A stretch of 64,000 nucleotides of DNA from Candidatus Poseidoniaceae archaeon (GTDB lineage: Archaea > Thermoplasmatota > Poseidoniia > Poseidoniales > Poseidoniaceae): the NCBI GenBank assembly GCA_938075675.1, contig CALJHE010000005.1:71097-135096 (forward strand), in the 5' to 3' direction. Numbering within the stretch: position 1 is the stretch's first letter; every line of letters starts with the position of its first letter. Under the pieces are notes generated by a model. It was not told the DNA's origin. It was given only the letters and a program-made list of their open reading frames with translations, and searched no databases. Positions 9,271 to 19,823 of this stretch are shown here, one piece after another. Both the position numbers and the translations under genes were made by a program.

Positions 9271-10230
9271 TCAGTTCAACATCTGTTCGAAGTCTGAAAG
9301 ACGTTGGCTGAAGGCCTCCAAACTCATCGAATGAAGCGCTTCAGTTCCAAACGATTCGAGGGTGAAACTAGCGCTAACGGTTGCTGAAAGCAAAGCCTGC
9401 CGTAGTTCGTCTCGTGAAAGTTCACCTTCGCCTGTTGCGAGGTGGGCAGCAATAGAGCCAGCAAACGTATCCCCACATCCGGTCGGGTCAACAACCTGTT
9501 CTGTCGGGAATGCCGGCAATGAAATGATGTCTTCACCATGGAAGGCGATAACACCGTGTTCACCTCGCTTGACGACCAGTGTCTTGACACCAATCATCTC
9601 CAATACCTTTCGAGCGGCTCGAACAAGGTTTTCATCGTTAGCCAGCATGCGAACTTCACCGTCGTTGATGATGACCAAATCGACACTTCGCATGACATCG
9701 AGCAGGGAATCCTTCGCTATGTCAATCCAAAGATTCATCGAGTCGAGCATTGATAGTCGTCGGGGTGATGCTTGTTGCAAAACGCTTGCTTGCAACGCTG
9801 GGTGAAGATTAGCGCAGAAAGTAATCTGTGGGGAGCGGTGAGTTTCAGGAACCTTTGGCTCAAAGTGCTCAAAAACATTGAGATGTGTCTCATGAGTTTG
9901 TGCCTCGGCCATAGTGCCGTGGTACGAGCCTGACCAGCGGAATGTATCGCCCTCCGCAGTCTCAATACCCTGTAAATCCAGCCCACTGTTGGATAACAAC
10001 AGGCGATCTTTTTCCGAAAAATCTTGACCGACTACGCCAACCAATCCAACTTTCTCGAGAGACAATCGCTTCGAATGAAACGAACAAGCAAGACCTGCAT
10101 ATGTTGCTGAACCACCAAGTGCGTCTTTGACATGACCAAGGGGCGAGGCAACACTGTCGTAAGCAACACTTCCAACGATGAGAACATCCATGTCTTGCCG
10201 TAAAGCGTTGAATACTTGTCCCTTTCGCAT
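9271..10230 (-). CDS. PfkB/ribokinase-family sugar or nucleoside kinase
   Basis: GGSATY, NDGE, VKRGEHG and VDPTGCGDTFAG motifs. Alternative start at 10191. Confidence 0.9.
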   Translation of the reverse strand: MRKGQVFNALRQDMDVLIVGSVAYDSVASPLGHVKDALGGSATYAGLACSFHSKRLSLEKVGLVGVVGQDFSEKDRLLLSNSGLDLQGIETAEGDTFRWSGSYHGTMAEAQTHETHLNVFEHFEPKVPETHRSPQITFCANLHPALQASVLQQASPRRLSMLDSMNLWIDIAKDSLLDVMRSVDLVIINDGEVRMLANDENLVRAARKVLEMIGVKTLVVKRGEHGVIAFHGEDIISLPAFPTEQVVDPTGCGDTFAGSIAAHLATGEGELSRDELRQALLSATVSASFTLESFGTEALHSMSLEAFSQRLSDFEQMLN

Positions 10231-10241
10231 CAGTCAAGTGC

Positions 10242-11582
10242 TTATCCAAGCAACTCTTCGTGCATGTCTATGTATTGAATCGTGATGTCTCGGTTAAGGA
10301 AATCCTCTTCATCCATAATACGGCGGTGGAGTGGAATCAAGTGTTCAACACCGGAAATAACCGTTTCGTCAAGAGCAGTTCGCATACGCTTGACCGCATC
10401 ATCACGGTCTCGACCCCAAACCAAAAGCTTAGCCAACAGCGAGTCAAAGCAACCCGGCATTTCGTAGCCTGGGTGAGCGTGAGTATCGACGCGGACTCCG
10501 TATCCTGAAGGAAAATGACATTCCCAAAGGCGTCCAGGGCTGGGGATGAACTTGCGAGGATCTTCTGCGTTCAACCGACATTGAATCGCATGGCCGTGCC
10601 ACACTATATCCTCTTGCTGCAAGGGAAGTTCTTCGCCTTGGGCGACACGTATACCCAATTCTACAAGGTTGTGACCGGTGATAAGTTCGGTAACGGTGTG
10701 TTCAACCTGAACTCGAGGATTCACTTCCAAGAAGTAAAAGTCGCCGTTGGCATCACGAAGGAACTCAAAGGTTGCTAGGCCTTTGTAGCCAACCGATTCT
10801 GCACCCTTGCAAACCAAAGCACCAATCTCTTCACGCTTCGCCTCATCCAACCAAGGCCCTTCTTCGACCAGTTTTTGATGTCGGCGTTGAATCGAGCAGA
10901 ACCGTTCTCCGAAGTGAATTGCTTTCTTACCGTCGCCCAACACTTGGAATTCCACGTGCTGAGCGCCTTGGATGTACTTCTCTACGAAAACCCGCTCGTC
11001 GCCGAAAGCAGACCGTGCACGCGATTGGCACAATTTGAGTGCGTTTTCGAACTCATCGGATTTCTCGACGATTTGCATACCAATGCCGCCGCCACCTGCT
11101 GCGGCTTTGATGATGACAGGATAACCGATGTCTTCAGCAAGAGCGGATGCAACAGCAGCATCAGAAATCGGCTCAGAAGAACCCTTAGCGGTTGGAAGGC
11201 CTGCAGCCTCCATTGCAGCACGAGCCTCGATTTTATCACCAAGAAGTGTGATGACATCAGCCGAAGGTCCGATGAACGTAATGCCCTCTTCCTGCAATCT
11301 ACGGACAAAAGTAGCGTTTTCAGCAAGGAAGCCGTATCCAGGGTGAACAGCGTCACAACCCATTTCTTTTGCAGCATGAATGACCGACTCTATATCGAGG
11401 TAGGTATCCAAAGGATTCGTTTTGTAATTAGCATACGCCACATCAGCAAAACGGACAGGAAGTGAAAGACGGTCCTCTCGACCGTGAATAATCGCAGCCT
11501 CAATGCCCATGTCACGTAGAGTTCGAAGAATTCGAAGAGCTATTTCACCGCGGTTCGCAATGAGTACACGCTTGAATGCCAT
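10242..11582 (-). CDS. Biotin carboxylase subunit (AccC/PycA-like)
   Basis: VLIANRGEIA, HPGYGFLAEN, GGGGIGM, CSIQRRHQKL, EVNPRVQVEH and FDSLLAKL motifs. Confidence 0.93.
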   Translation of the reverse strand: MAFKRVLIANRGEIALRILRTLRDMGIEAAIIHGREDRLSLPVRFADVAYANYKTNPLDTYLDIESVIHAAKEMGCDAVHPGYGFLAENATFVRRLQEEGITFIGPSADVITLLGDKIEARAAMEAAGLPTAKGSSEPISDAAVASALAEDIGYPVIIKAAAGGGGIGMQIVEKSDEFENALKLCQSRARSAFGDERVFVEKYIQGAQHVEFQVLGDGKKAIHFGERFCSIQRRHQKLVEEGPWLDEAKREEIGALVCKGAESVGYKGLATFEFLRDANGDFYFLEVNPRVQVEHTVTELITGHNLVELGIRVAQGEELPLQQEDIVWHGHAIQCRLNAEDPRKFIPSPGRLWECHFPSGYGVRVDTHAHPGYEMPGCFDSLLAKLLVWGRDRDDAVKRMRTALDETVISGVEHLIPLHRRIMDEEDFLNRDITIQYIDMHEELLG

Positions 11583-11783
11583 GATTGACTCGAAGAGCAA
11601 TTACTCTATGATGCCAACGGTTCAATACGATACAAAATAGCCTTTTTCACAGTGTTCTTTTTTTCTCGATTTATCCCCTGATATTACGGAATTAACCGGA
11701 ATCCGGATATTGATTTCACAGTTTGTGATATTTTCAAGAAAAAATGCCATAAATTTGATATGACATGACTGCGATGTACAAAC

Positions 11784-12257
11784 ATGACGCAGAAACCCCG
11801 AACCGGAGCCGAGGCTCTCGACCAGTTAGCAGGAAAGGACCTGAACAAAGATGGACGTATCGTGAATTTAGTGATTTGCGGAAATTCCAAATTCTACGAT
11901 TACGCATGGCTTGAAGATAAGTTGGACGATTGGGTGGAAGCCAACACTTACCCCGATCTCATCATCCTTGGAGGCGCTAGCGGCGTTGATTACTTGGCTG
12001 AACGCTGGGCCGACAACAACAACATCCAGTTGGCGGTTTTCAGCGAGGCATGGACGGCACCGCGCCCGAACTCTGCGCATGATTCTGGACGACCGGAAGC
12101 AGTTGCAACCTTGGCCAAAACCATGCTCGACAGCGCTACGCACATGCTCTCCTTCCCAGGCCCTGATTCAGTGTGGACCAAACGAATGGAGGAAAGAGCG
12201 GTGGAAAAGGGGATTCCAGTGACGAGTGTACCCTTGCCCGCCGAAGGACTTGAGTGA
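11784..12257 (+). CDS. SLOG-superfamily protein (DUF2493/YspA-like)
   Basis: VICGNSKFYDY and IILGGASGVDYLAERWA pattern. Confidence 0.72.
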   Translation: MTQKPRTGAEALDQLAGKDLNKDGRIVNLVICGNSKFYDYAWLEDKLDDWVEANTYPDLIILGGASGVDYLAERWADNNNIQLAVFSEAWTAPRPNSAHDSGRPEAVATLAKTMLDSATHMLSFPGPDSVWTKRMEERAVEKGIPVTSVPLPAEGLE

Positions 12258-12260
12258 GTC

Positions 12261-13511
12261 TCAGTAGACGTCACGCAAGTAACGTTTCTCTTCTCTCATC
12301 ATGGTCGTACCAATGAAATGAGTTGCATCGTCTTCAGACATCCCACCGTGTTCCATAGCGATTTCAATGAGTGCTCGATGAACGTCTTTGGCCATGTAGG
12401 TCTTGTCGCCACAAATGTAGAAGTATGCACCGTTTTCAAACCATTCCCAAATGTCAGCACCGTGTTCTTTGAGGCGATGTTGGACGTAAATCTTCTCTTC
12501 TTGGTCACGCGACCATGCAGTTGTGAATTTGTACAAATCTCCGCTGTCCATCCAGCCTTCAATTTGTTCCTTGTAGTAAAATTCAGTCTTCGAGGATTGA
12601 TCCCCGAAAAACAACCAGTTTCGGCCATTGCCGCCGTCGAAAACACGTTGCTCCATGAACGCTCTAAACGGAGCGATACCGGTTCCAGGCCCTACCATGA
12701 TGATGTCAACATCCTTATCCTCTGGAAGGATGAAAGACTTGGTAGGAGACATGAATACGCCGATTGGTTTGCCGGTAGTATCAATTTCATCGGCCAGATA
12801 TTGAGTGCAGAGTCCACCGCGAGGGCGATTGTGGTATTCGAACCGAACAATACCCACGGTCAGTTCAACAAATCCGGGGTGAGCGTCGTGGGAAGAAGCA
12901 ATTGAGTAGAGTCTTGGTTTGAGACGTGCAACCAAGTCAAGGAACTCCTCAGGCGAGTACTTGACGCCAAACTCTCGCATAATGTCTACATAGTCACGGG
13001 TCCAAAGGTAGTTCTCAATTTCCTTTTCATCACCGAGAAGAGCTTCAACCTTTGCAGCAGGGTCATCTGATGCTTTGCTGGTGGCAAGTCCAGGTGGTGT
13101 TGATGAAGATTCGGAAGATTCCCAATCCTCGTTTGAACGGCTTCGTGCAACGATTTTTAAGGAAATTTTCATTCCTGAAGAGACAACTTTTCCGGCAAGC
13201 GATTGAACGAACTTCTTGTTCGCCATATGGACCTCGAAATCTTTCTTGAGTGCAGTATACAAGTCGCGCTCTCCGTTGTGAGTCTCGACTGAATAGTCTC
13301 TGTCCCAGCCTTGGAGTTCAAGAATCTCCTCAACAATGTGAGGTGGATTTTCTGACATGACGCCTAGAGCGTCACCGACCTTGTAATCAAGACCCGAGTC
13401 TCCAAGTGCAAACACAATGTGACGAGTCTCTTTACGGGAACCCTCACCGTTGAGAATGTAATTCTCGGTTATTTCAGTCATGTAAGGATTCTTTGCGCTC
13501 CAATCGGACAT
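12261..13511 (-). CDS. CysJ-like FAD/NADPH oxidoreductase without a flavodoxin domain
   Basis: PRLYSIASS, GGLCT, GPGTGIAPFR, KIYVQ, YICGD and terminal RYLRDVY. GGTGA RBS before ATG 13511. Confidence 0.88.
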   Translation of the reverse strand: MSDWSAKNPYMTEITENYILNGEGSRKETRHIVFALGDSGLDYKVGDALGVMSENPPHIVEEILELQGWDRDYSVETHNGERDLYTALKKDFEVHMANKKFVQSLAGKVVSSGMKISLKIVARSRSNEDWESSESSSTPPGLATSKASDDPAAKVEALLGDEKEIENYLWTRDYVDIMREFGVKYSPEEFLDLVARLKPRLYSIASSHDAHPGFVELTVGIVRFEYHNRPRGGLCTQYLADEIDTTGKPIGVFMSPTKSFILPEDKDVDIIMVGPGTGIAPFRAFMEQRVFDGGNGRNWLFFGDQSSKTEFYYKEQIEGWMDSGDLYKFTTAWSRDQEEKIYVQHRLKEHGADIWEWFENGAYFYICGDKTYMAKDVHRALIEIAMEHGGMSEDDATHFIGTTMMREEKRYLRDVY

Positions 13512-13680
13512 AATTTCACCCACCAACCTAAGGCTGTAGTCGGTCCACAATGGGGACACTTATCATGCTTATTGACCGATGTTGATGCCGATTCGGACGG
13601 CGTCACAGGACCCTCAAAAACCTTCACAATTTTCAAGGATGCAAACGGCCATTTATATGCTGAACCAGTGACATGGCGCC

Positions 13681-15291
13681 ATGACTCAAATCAATAAACC
13701 CACAGCACTGATTGTTGGCTCCGGCCCGGGCGGTCTCGCAAGTGCACTACTGCTCGCCCATTCTGGCGTAGATGTGACCATTCTTGAGAAGGAAGAACAA
13801 GTAGGCGGGCGTACAAAGCTCATTCACAAAGACGGATACACCTTTGACCGTGGGCCGACATTTTTCCACTACCCGGAAGTCATTGAAGAAATCTTCAAGG
13901 CCATCGGCCGAGATGCTCACAAGGAACTTGGGCTCATGCCTCTCGATCCAATGTATCGCCTCGTCTTCGGAGCGGGCGGACACATCGATGCAACCAGCAA
14001 ACTGGATGAAATGACCGAAAGAATCCGTGAACTTGCAGGTGACAAAAACGCTGAGGGATTCGAAAAGTACGTCTTGCAAAACCGTAAGAAGCTCGAATTC
14101 TCAAAGCAATGCCTCCAAACGCCTTGGACCAGTCCACTCAACATTCTCACGAAGAGAGCCATGAGAGTTGCAACAATCCTCAAACCATGGGCCAGTGTTG
14201 CAGGGGACTTGAGCAAGCACTTCGATGACGAACGAGTTCGACTGGCTATGTCCTTCCAAACCAAGTATCTAGGCATGAGCCCGTTCCACGCACCCTCGTT
14301 GTTCACAATTCTTGCGTTCCTTGAATACGAACACGGTATATTCCACGCCAAGGGCGGCCTCGGTAGTATTACCAAGCGCATGGGAGAAATAGCAGAAGAA
14401 ATGGGCGTAAAGATTCGCTGCAATACCCCGGTTAAATCCCTCATCTATGAAGGAAAGGATGTCGTAGGAGCCCGTATTGAGGGCGAAGAAATCCGAGTTG
14501 ACAAAGTCGTCGTTAACGCTGATTTCGCTCATGCAATGACAACCCTTGTTCCAAACGAGAAGCGAAAGAAGTGGTCGAATAAAAAACTCGAAAAGAAGGG
14601 ATATTCCTGCTCCACATTCATGCTGTATCTCGGCGTTGACAAGCAATACGACTTACACCACCACCAAATCTATGCTTCTTCAGCATACGAGAAGAACCTT
14701 CACGATATAACCAACCACAAGTTGACCTGGGATGACCCGTCGGTCTACGTTCAAAACGCAAGCATTACCGATGACAGCCTCGCTCCTGAAGGCCACTCTA
14801 CTGTTTACGTTCTTGTCCCAGTACCTAACACCCACGAAACCATCGTATGGGACGACATCAAGGCTGACTACCGAGACACCATCATCAAGCAACTTGGTAA
14901 ATTGGGATACGACGACATTGAAGACCACATCGTTTCCGAAACCGTCGTCACACCTGACGACTGGGGTGCATCCGACATCTACCGTGGTGCGGTATTCAAC
15001 CTCACACACGACCTCAAGCAAATGCTATGGCGACGCCCGCAAAACCGATTCGAAGAGGCAAACAACCTCTACATCGTCGGTGGAGGAACACACCCTGGCA
15101 GCGGCTTGCCGACCATCTTTGAAAGCGCACGTATCAGCAGCAAACTGCTGCTCGCTGACTTGGGAATGCGCCCTGACTGGAACGGTGTTGACTCTTGGTT
15201 CCAAGATGTTCGCAGACCAAAGGTCAAATCAACAGCTGCTAAGCCTGCACAAGCCACACAAAGAACCACTGGTGACGGTCATGCTGCGTGA
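13681..15291 (+). CDS. crtI: Phytoene desaturase family (CrtI/CrtD-like) FAD oxidoreductase
   Basis: GSGPGGL dinucleotide fold, GYTFDRGPT, SCSTFMLYLG and THPGSGLP. Confidence 0.85.
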   Translation: MTQINKPTALIVGSGPGGLASALLLAHSGVDVTILEKEEQVGGRTKLIHKDGYTFDRGPTFFHYPEVIEEIFKAIGRDAHKELGLMPLDPMYRLVFGAGGHIDATSKLDEMTERIRELAGDKNAEGFEKYVLQNRKKLEFSKQCLQTPWTSPLNILTKRAMRVATILKPWASVAGDLSKHFDDERVRLAMSFQTKYLGMSPFHAPSLFTILAFLEYEHGIFHAKGGLGSITKRMGEIAEEMGVKIRCNTPVKSLIYEGKDVVGARIEGEEIRVDKVVVNADFAHAMTTLVPNEKRKKWSNKKLEKKGYSCSTFMLYLGVDKQYDLHHHQIYASSAYEKNLHDITNHKLTWDDPSVYVQNASITDDSLAPEGHSTVYVLVPVPNTHETIVWDDIKADYRDTIIKQLGKLGYDDIEDHIVSETVVTPDDWGASDIYRGAVFNLTHDLKQMLWRRPQNRFEEANNLYIVGGGTHPGSGLPTIFESARISSKLLLADLGMRPDWNGVDSWFQDVRRPKVKSTAAKPAQATQRTTGDGHAA

Positions 15292-15904
15292 AACATTACT
15301 CGCTTGCTTTACGATATTGATGTTCCTTGCAGGATGCGTCCAGCCCGATTCAATGATTGAAAATGAAGCGCCAAACTCAAACCAAATCCCGTTTGAACTC
15401 ACCTTCTCGGCAGACACGCTTGATCGAGAAGAAGACGGTACCCCCGAATTCGATCTGAAAGAAGAATTGGAAGACGGGCCTGTAATGCTCCTGTGGATTG
15501 GTGCTGGTTGTACCGGTTGCCATGATTGGACGGACATGATTCGAGAGAAAATGGATGAAGGCGTTTTTGAAGAATCAAACATGACCATTGTCAGTGTTCA
15601 TCGGTGGGGAGAGTTCGAGAGCAAGGACGATGTCCAGAGAGTATTCGGCTTAGAAAATCAATCCGAACATTACACACCTTGGACAATTGTCACACCGTCA
15701 GAACTCACACAAGCCGAAGACTTCAACACCGAACAAAGCACAGGAGCTTCAATTTACTCAGCATACGGCAATCCCGGAACTCCGACGCTGCAAGTCATTG
15801 CTCCAAACGGGGTACTGGCATGGCAATCGAAAACATATTGGGCCAATGAAACCGTCTTTGACGACGGTTTTTCGTTCTTTGAACGACAGGTGAACGAAGA
15901 GTGA
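15281..15904 (+). CDS. Thioredoxin-fold lipoprotein (CxxC)
   Basis: Lipobox LAGC after a hydrophobic leader; CTGC motif; GTPT cis-Pro loop. GGTGA RBS before ATG 15281. Confidence 0.75.
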   Translation: MLRETLLACFTILMFLAGCVQPDSMIENEAPNSNQIPFELTFSADTLDREEDGTPEFDLKEELEDGPVMLLWIGAGCTGCHDWTDMIREKMDEGVFEESNMTIVSVHRWGEFESKDDVQRVFGLENQSEHYTPWTIVTPSELTQAEDFNTEQSTGASIYSAYGNPGTPTLQVIAPNGVLAWQSKTYWANETVFDDGFSFFERQVNEE

Positions 15905-15965
15905 ACCTCAAAGACCCCGAGGGTGTCCAAGAGTTAAGCAGCCTGCAAGGCGGCCGGTGAAAACC

Positions 15966-16781
15966 ATGGGTGAAGGCATTAAATTACCAGTCTTGAATGG
16001 ACTGGGTCGTACAAATCGTATCGATAACTGGCTCAACAAACCGATTGCAATGGGGCTCGGCCTCACCGCTGCAATGCTCTACACAGCATGGCGATTGTTC
16101 CTTTTCCCTGAATCGATTTCATACGAACTCGAAGGCTCGAAAGTCATGTCACCAATCTTCTCACCGAATGTCCTCGAATGGGAGTTATTCGGACTTAAGG
16201 AGTGGGGAGAAACTGATGCACCAAGTTGGGTCAACGCTGCTGTTCTCGTGCTGTGGATTCCTTTTGGATTCCGAGGGACATGCTACTACATGCGCAGAGT
16301 CTACTATCGGACGTTCTTCGCGAGCCCTGTTGCGTGCTGGGTTGACGAACCAGAAATCAACAAGAAACTCGGATACAAGGGCGAAAAGCGTCTTTTCATC
16401 TTCAACAACCTTCACCGCTACTTCCTCTATGCTGCCATGATTATTCTGGTCATCAAGTGGTGGGATGTCACCCACACCTTGCATTTCACAGAAGGATGGG
16501 GTATGTCACTAGGTACACTGGTGATGGCTGTAGAAGCATTCCTCCTCACCATGTATGTTACGTCCTGCCATGCATTGCGCCACCTTGCTGGCGGAGCATT
16601 GGACCGCTGGACAACCGGCATCAGCCGAATTCGAGGCAAACTGTTTGGACGCATCAGTATTCTCAACCGTTCGCACGGATTCTGGTTTTGGACTTCCCTT
16701 ACCTTCGTTTTCTTTGGAGACCTATGGGTATTAGCCGTCAGTGAAGGCTATTTGAGCGATGTGGCGCTGTTTGTAATTTGA
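15966..16781 (+). CDS. Succinate dehydrogenase membrane anchor, actinobacterial Sdh1 (Rv0249c-like)
   Basis: Multi-TM protein with [20 protein letters not shown] and SCHALRH motifs, directly upstream of sdhAB. Confidence 0.8.
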   Translation: MGEGIKLPVLNGLGRTNRIDNWLNKPIAMGLGLTAAMLYTAWRLFLFPESISYELEGSKVMSPIFSPNVLEWELFGLKEWGETDAPSWVNAAVLVLWIPFGFRGTCYYMRRVYYRTFFASPVACWVDEPEINKKLGYKGEKRLFIFNNLHRYFLYAAMIILVIKWWDVTHTLHFTEGWGMSLGTLVMAVEAFLLTMYVTSCHALRHLAGGALDRWTTGISRIRGKLFGRISILNRSHGFWFWTSLTFVFFGDLWVLAVSEGYLSDVALFVI

Positions 16782-16791
16782 GGTGAAAATA

Positions 16792-18645
16792 ATGACTGAA
16801 GAATACAAGAAATACGAATACGATGTTATTGTTATCGGAGCAGGCGGCGCTGGACTCCGTGCAGCGATTGAAGCAGCACGAAGCGGTGCTAAAACCGCCA
16901 TTATAACCAAATCTTTGCTTGGAAAGGCACACACAGTCATGGCAGAAGGTGGTTGTGCAGCGGCACTCCAGAACGCTGACCCACGAGACGGTTGGAAGGT
17001 TCACTTCCACGACACCATGAAGGGAAGCAAGTGGCTTGCAGATTGGAGAATGGCTGAATTCCACGCAAAAGAAGCACCAGACCGTGTTCGAGAACTCGAA
17101 CAATGGGGCGCAGTCTTTGACCGAACACCACAGAACACCATCAATCAGCGAAATTTCGGAGGGCATACTTTCCCACGCCTCGCCCACGTCGGTGACGCTA
17201 CCGGGCTCGAACTTATTCGAACACTCCAAGAGCGTGGAATTCACGAAGGTATCGATATCTTCATGGAATACACGGTTCGACACCTCCTCAAAGAAGGTGA
17301 CAGAGTCACAGGATGCGTGGCATACACTCGCGTTGACGGTGACTTCCATGCCTTTTCAGGCAAGTCAGTGATCCTAGCGACCGGTGGTATTACCCGTTGC
17401 TGGTCGGTTTGTTCGGGCTCATGGGAATACACAGGTGATGGTCACGCCCTCGCTCTATGGGCTGGCGCTGAACTCCGCGATATGGAGTTCGTCCAATTCC
17501 ACCCAACCGGAATGGTGTGGCCTCCATCTGTTCGAGGTATTCTTGTTACCGAAGGTGTCCGAGGTGAAGGTGGGCGTTTGACCAATTCCGAGGGAGAGCG
17601 ATTCATGTTCAATTACGTTCCAGAAATGTTTGCAGGCGACCACGCAGAAACCATCGAAGAATCCGACCAATGGGTCGAAGAAGTGGTTTCTGGAAAACTC
17701 GCTACCGTTCGAAGACCTCCAGAATTGCTTACTCGTGACGTTGTCGCAAAGGCAATCAATTCCGAAGTGAAAGCAGGTAGAGGCTCCCCCCACGGCGGTG
17801 CATTCCTCAACATCTCACACCGGGGAGAAGAAGCAATTCTGAAGAAATTACCATCAATGCACCACCAATTCAAGGAATTGGCAGGTGTTGACATTTCGAA
17901 AGAACCGATGGAAGTTGGACCTACTGCGCACTATGTAATGGGTGGTGTTCGAGTGAACGCTGAAACCCAAGAAAGCAATGTCCCTGGTCTGTATGCTTGC
18001 GGTGAAGTTGCTTCCGGGCTCCACGGAGCAAACAGACTCGGCGGAAACTCGTTGTCTGACCTCATTACCTTCGGAAAGAGAGCTGGCGAGCATGCTGCAA
18101 AGCGCTCAAAAGACTTGGCACAACCAACCATCGATGATGGACAGGTCCAATCGGCCATCGAAGTTATGCTCGCACCACTGCAAAGAGGCGAAGGAGAAAA
18201 TCCTGGTCTCATTTACGATGAAATGCGTGACATGATGCAGGCAAAAGTTGGAATCATCCGAACCAAGGAAGAAATGGAAGAAGCAATGGACGACTTGAAA
18301 GCGTTCGATCAACGACAGTCCGCATGTTTCCCTGGCTCATCTCGCAAATACAACTCGGGATGGCACCAAGCACTCGACCTCAAGAACATGGTCGATGTTT
18401 CAACCGCAGCAACCCTTGCTGCCCTCACACGTGAAGAGAGCAGAGGCGGCCACACGAGAGACGACTTCCCCGGAGAAATCGAAGAATGGGGCAAGATTCT
18501 CAACATTATCTACATGGAAAACGGGGAAATCAAGGTTCGCCAAGAACCCGTTGAAGAGATACGTAGCGATCTAAAGGATGCTCTTACCGAAGTGAAGGCT
18601 ATGATTGCAGAACGAGCTGCTGAACAAGCAGGAGGCGGTGAATAA
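16792..18645 (+). CDS. sdhA: Succinate dehydrogenase/fumarate reductase flavoprotein
   Basis: [15 protein letters not shown] (covalent FAD His), [16 protein letters not shown] and ESRGGH. Confidence 0.95.
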   Translation: MTEEYKKYEYDVIVIGAGGAGLRAAIEAARSGAKTAIITKSLLGKAHTVMAEGGCAAALQNADPRDGWKVHFHDTMKGSKWLADWRMAEFHAKEAPDRVRELEQWGAVFDRTPQNTINQRNFGGHTFPRLAHVGDATGLELIRTLQERGIHEGIDIFMEYTVRHLLKEGDRVTGCVAYTRVDGDFHAFSGKSVILATGGITRCWSVCSGSWEYTGDGHALALWAGAELRDMEFVQFHPTGMVWPPSVRGILVTEGVRGEGGRLTNSEGERFMFNYVPEMFAGDHAETIEESDQWVEEVVSGKLATVRRPPELLTRDVVAKAINSEVKAGRGSPHGGAFLNISHRGEEAILKKLPSMHHQFKELAGVDISKEPMEVGPTAHYVMGGVRVNAETQESNVPGLYACGEVASGLHGANRLGGNSLSDLITFGKRAGEHAAKRSKDLAQPTIDDGQVQSAIEVMLAPLQRGEGENPGLIYDEMRDMMQAKVGIIRTKEEMEEAMDDLKAFDQRQSACFPGSSRKYNSGWHQALDLKNMVDVSTAATLAALTREESRGGHTRDDFPGEIEEWGKILNIIYMENGEIKVRQEPVEEIRSDLKDALTEVKAMIAERAAEQAGGGE

Positions 18646-19412
18646 TGTCACTGAAAGGAAAGAAGCAAGATTTCACAATCCTACGAGGCGAAGGCGAAGA
18701 ATCAACACTCGAAGAATTCAGCATTGAACTCGACGAAGGCATGGTCGTTCTGGACTGTGTCCATCGAATCCAACACGAACAACAACCGGACTTAGCAGTT
18801 CGTTGGAACTGTAAAGCAGGAAAATGTGGCTCCTGTTCTGCTGAAATTAACGGGCGTCCACGTTTGATGTGCATGACCAGAATGAGCGATGTGGTTGCTG
18901 AAACTCCAGCAGGTAAACCCATTGAGATTCGTCCAATGAAAGCATTCCCACACGTCAAAGACTTGGTTACTGATGTTTCTTGGAACTATGAAATTGCTCA
19001 AAAAATCAAGCCAATCAACGGACCGGATGAAATGAACTGGGAGTTCAACCAAATGGAAGCCGACAGAGTGCAGCAATTCCGTGAATGCATCGAATGTTTC
19101 CTTTGCGTCAACACCTGTCACGTTCTGAGAGACCACGCTCTGTTCGATGACTTCGCAGGACCTCGAAACTTGGTTCGACTTGCACAGTACGAGATGCACC
19201 CGCTTGACACCGAAGACCGTGTCCCCGAAATTAAGAAGGAATTTGGAATCGAATACTGTAACATTACCCGTTGCTGTACTGAAGTTTGTCCTGCTGGTAT
19301 ACAGATCACTGATGATGCAATCATACAGCTCAAAGAGCGTGTAGTCGACCGTTATTACGACCCGTTGCAACGCATTTGGCGAACGCTCACTCGGCAAAAG
19401 GTTCGCTATTGA
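18645..19412 (+). CDS. sdhB: Succinate dehydrogenase iron-sulfur subunit
   Basis: CKAGKCGSC, CIECFLCVNTC and CNITRCCTEVCP; TAATG overlap with sdhA. Confidence 0.95.
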   Translation: MSLKGKKQDFTILRGEGEESTLEEFSIELDEGMVVLDCVHRIQHEQQPDLAVRWNCKAGKCGSCSAEINGRPRLMCMTRMSDVVAETPAGKPIEIRPMKAFPHVKDLVTDVSWNYEIAQKIKPINGPDEMNWEFNQMEADRVQQFRECIECFLCVNTCHVLRDHALFDDFAGPRNLVRLAQYEMHPLDTEDRVPEIKKEFGIEYCNITRCCTEVCPAGIQITDDAIIQLKERVVDRYYDPLQRIWRTLTRQKVRY

Positions 19413-19421
19413 GGCGATGAA

Positions 19422-19820
19422 TTGGCGACATTAACTGAAAAAGCCCGTCAAATTTCAGCCATTGGCTTCGGCGTAGCCTTTGTATGGATTGGAATTCAAC
19501 ATTTCACAAATGTAGGTTTCTTTGTACCCATCGTGCCGGAACTCCTTGGTGCGCCTGAGTTTTGGGTCTACGCCAGTGGAGCAGCGGAAATAGTTCTCGG
19601 CATGAGCATGGTCCATCCTCGAACAAGACAACGAGGGGGAATGGCAACTGCTGCATTCTTGATTCTGGTCTACTGGGCAAATCTGAACATGTGGATGAAC
19701 GATATCCCCATCGATGGTACTACGTTTTCAACATCTGCGCATATTGCACGCGCAATGGCTCAATTCGGAATGATTGGGCTTGCGCTCTGGATTGCAGAGT
19801 GGAAAATTAAGAAAGAGTGA
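19422..19820 (+). CDS. DoxX-like membrane protein
   Basis: GIQHF...IVP, SGAAEI and ANLNM pattern; about four TM segments. Confidence 0.7.
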   Translation: MATLTEKARQISAIGFGVAFVWIGIQHFTNVGFFVPIVPELLGAPEFWVYASGAAEIVLGMSMVHPRTRQRGGMATAAFLILVYWANLNMWMNDIPIDGTTFSTSAHIARAMAQFGMIGLALWIAEWKIKKE

Positions 19821-19823
19821 ATG

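Noticed and set aside
14732-15280. 183-codon upstream extension of the thioredoxin-like ORF overlapping crtI in another frame
   Set aside because: S/T-rich off-frame composition. An RBS, ATG and lipoprotein signal at 15281 mark the real start, and I saw no frameshift signal.
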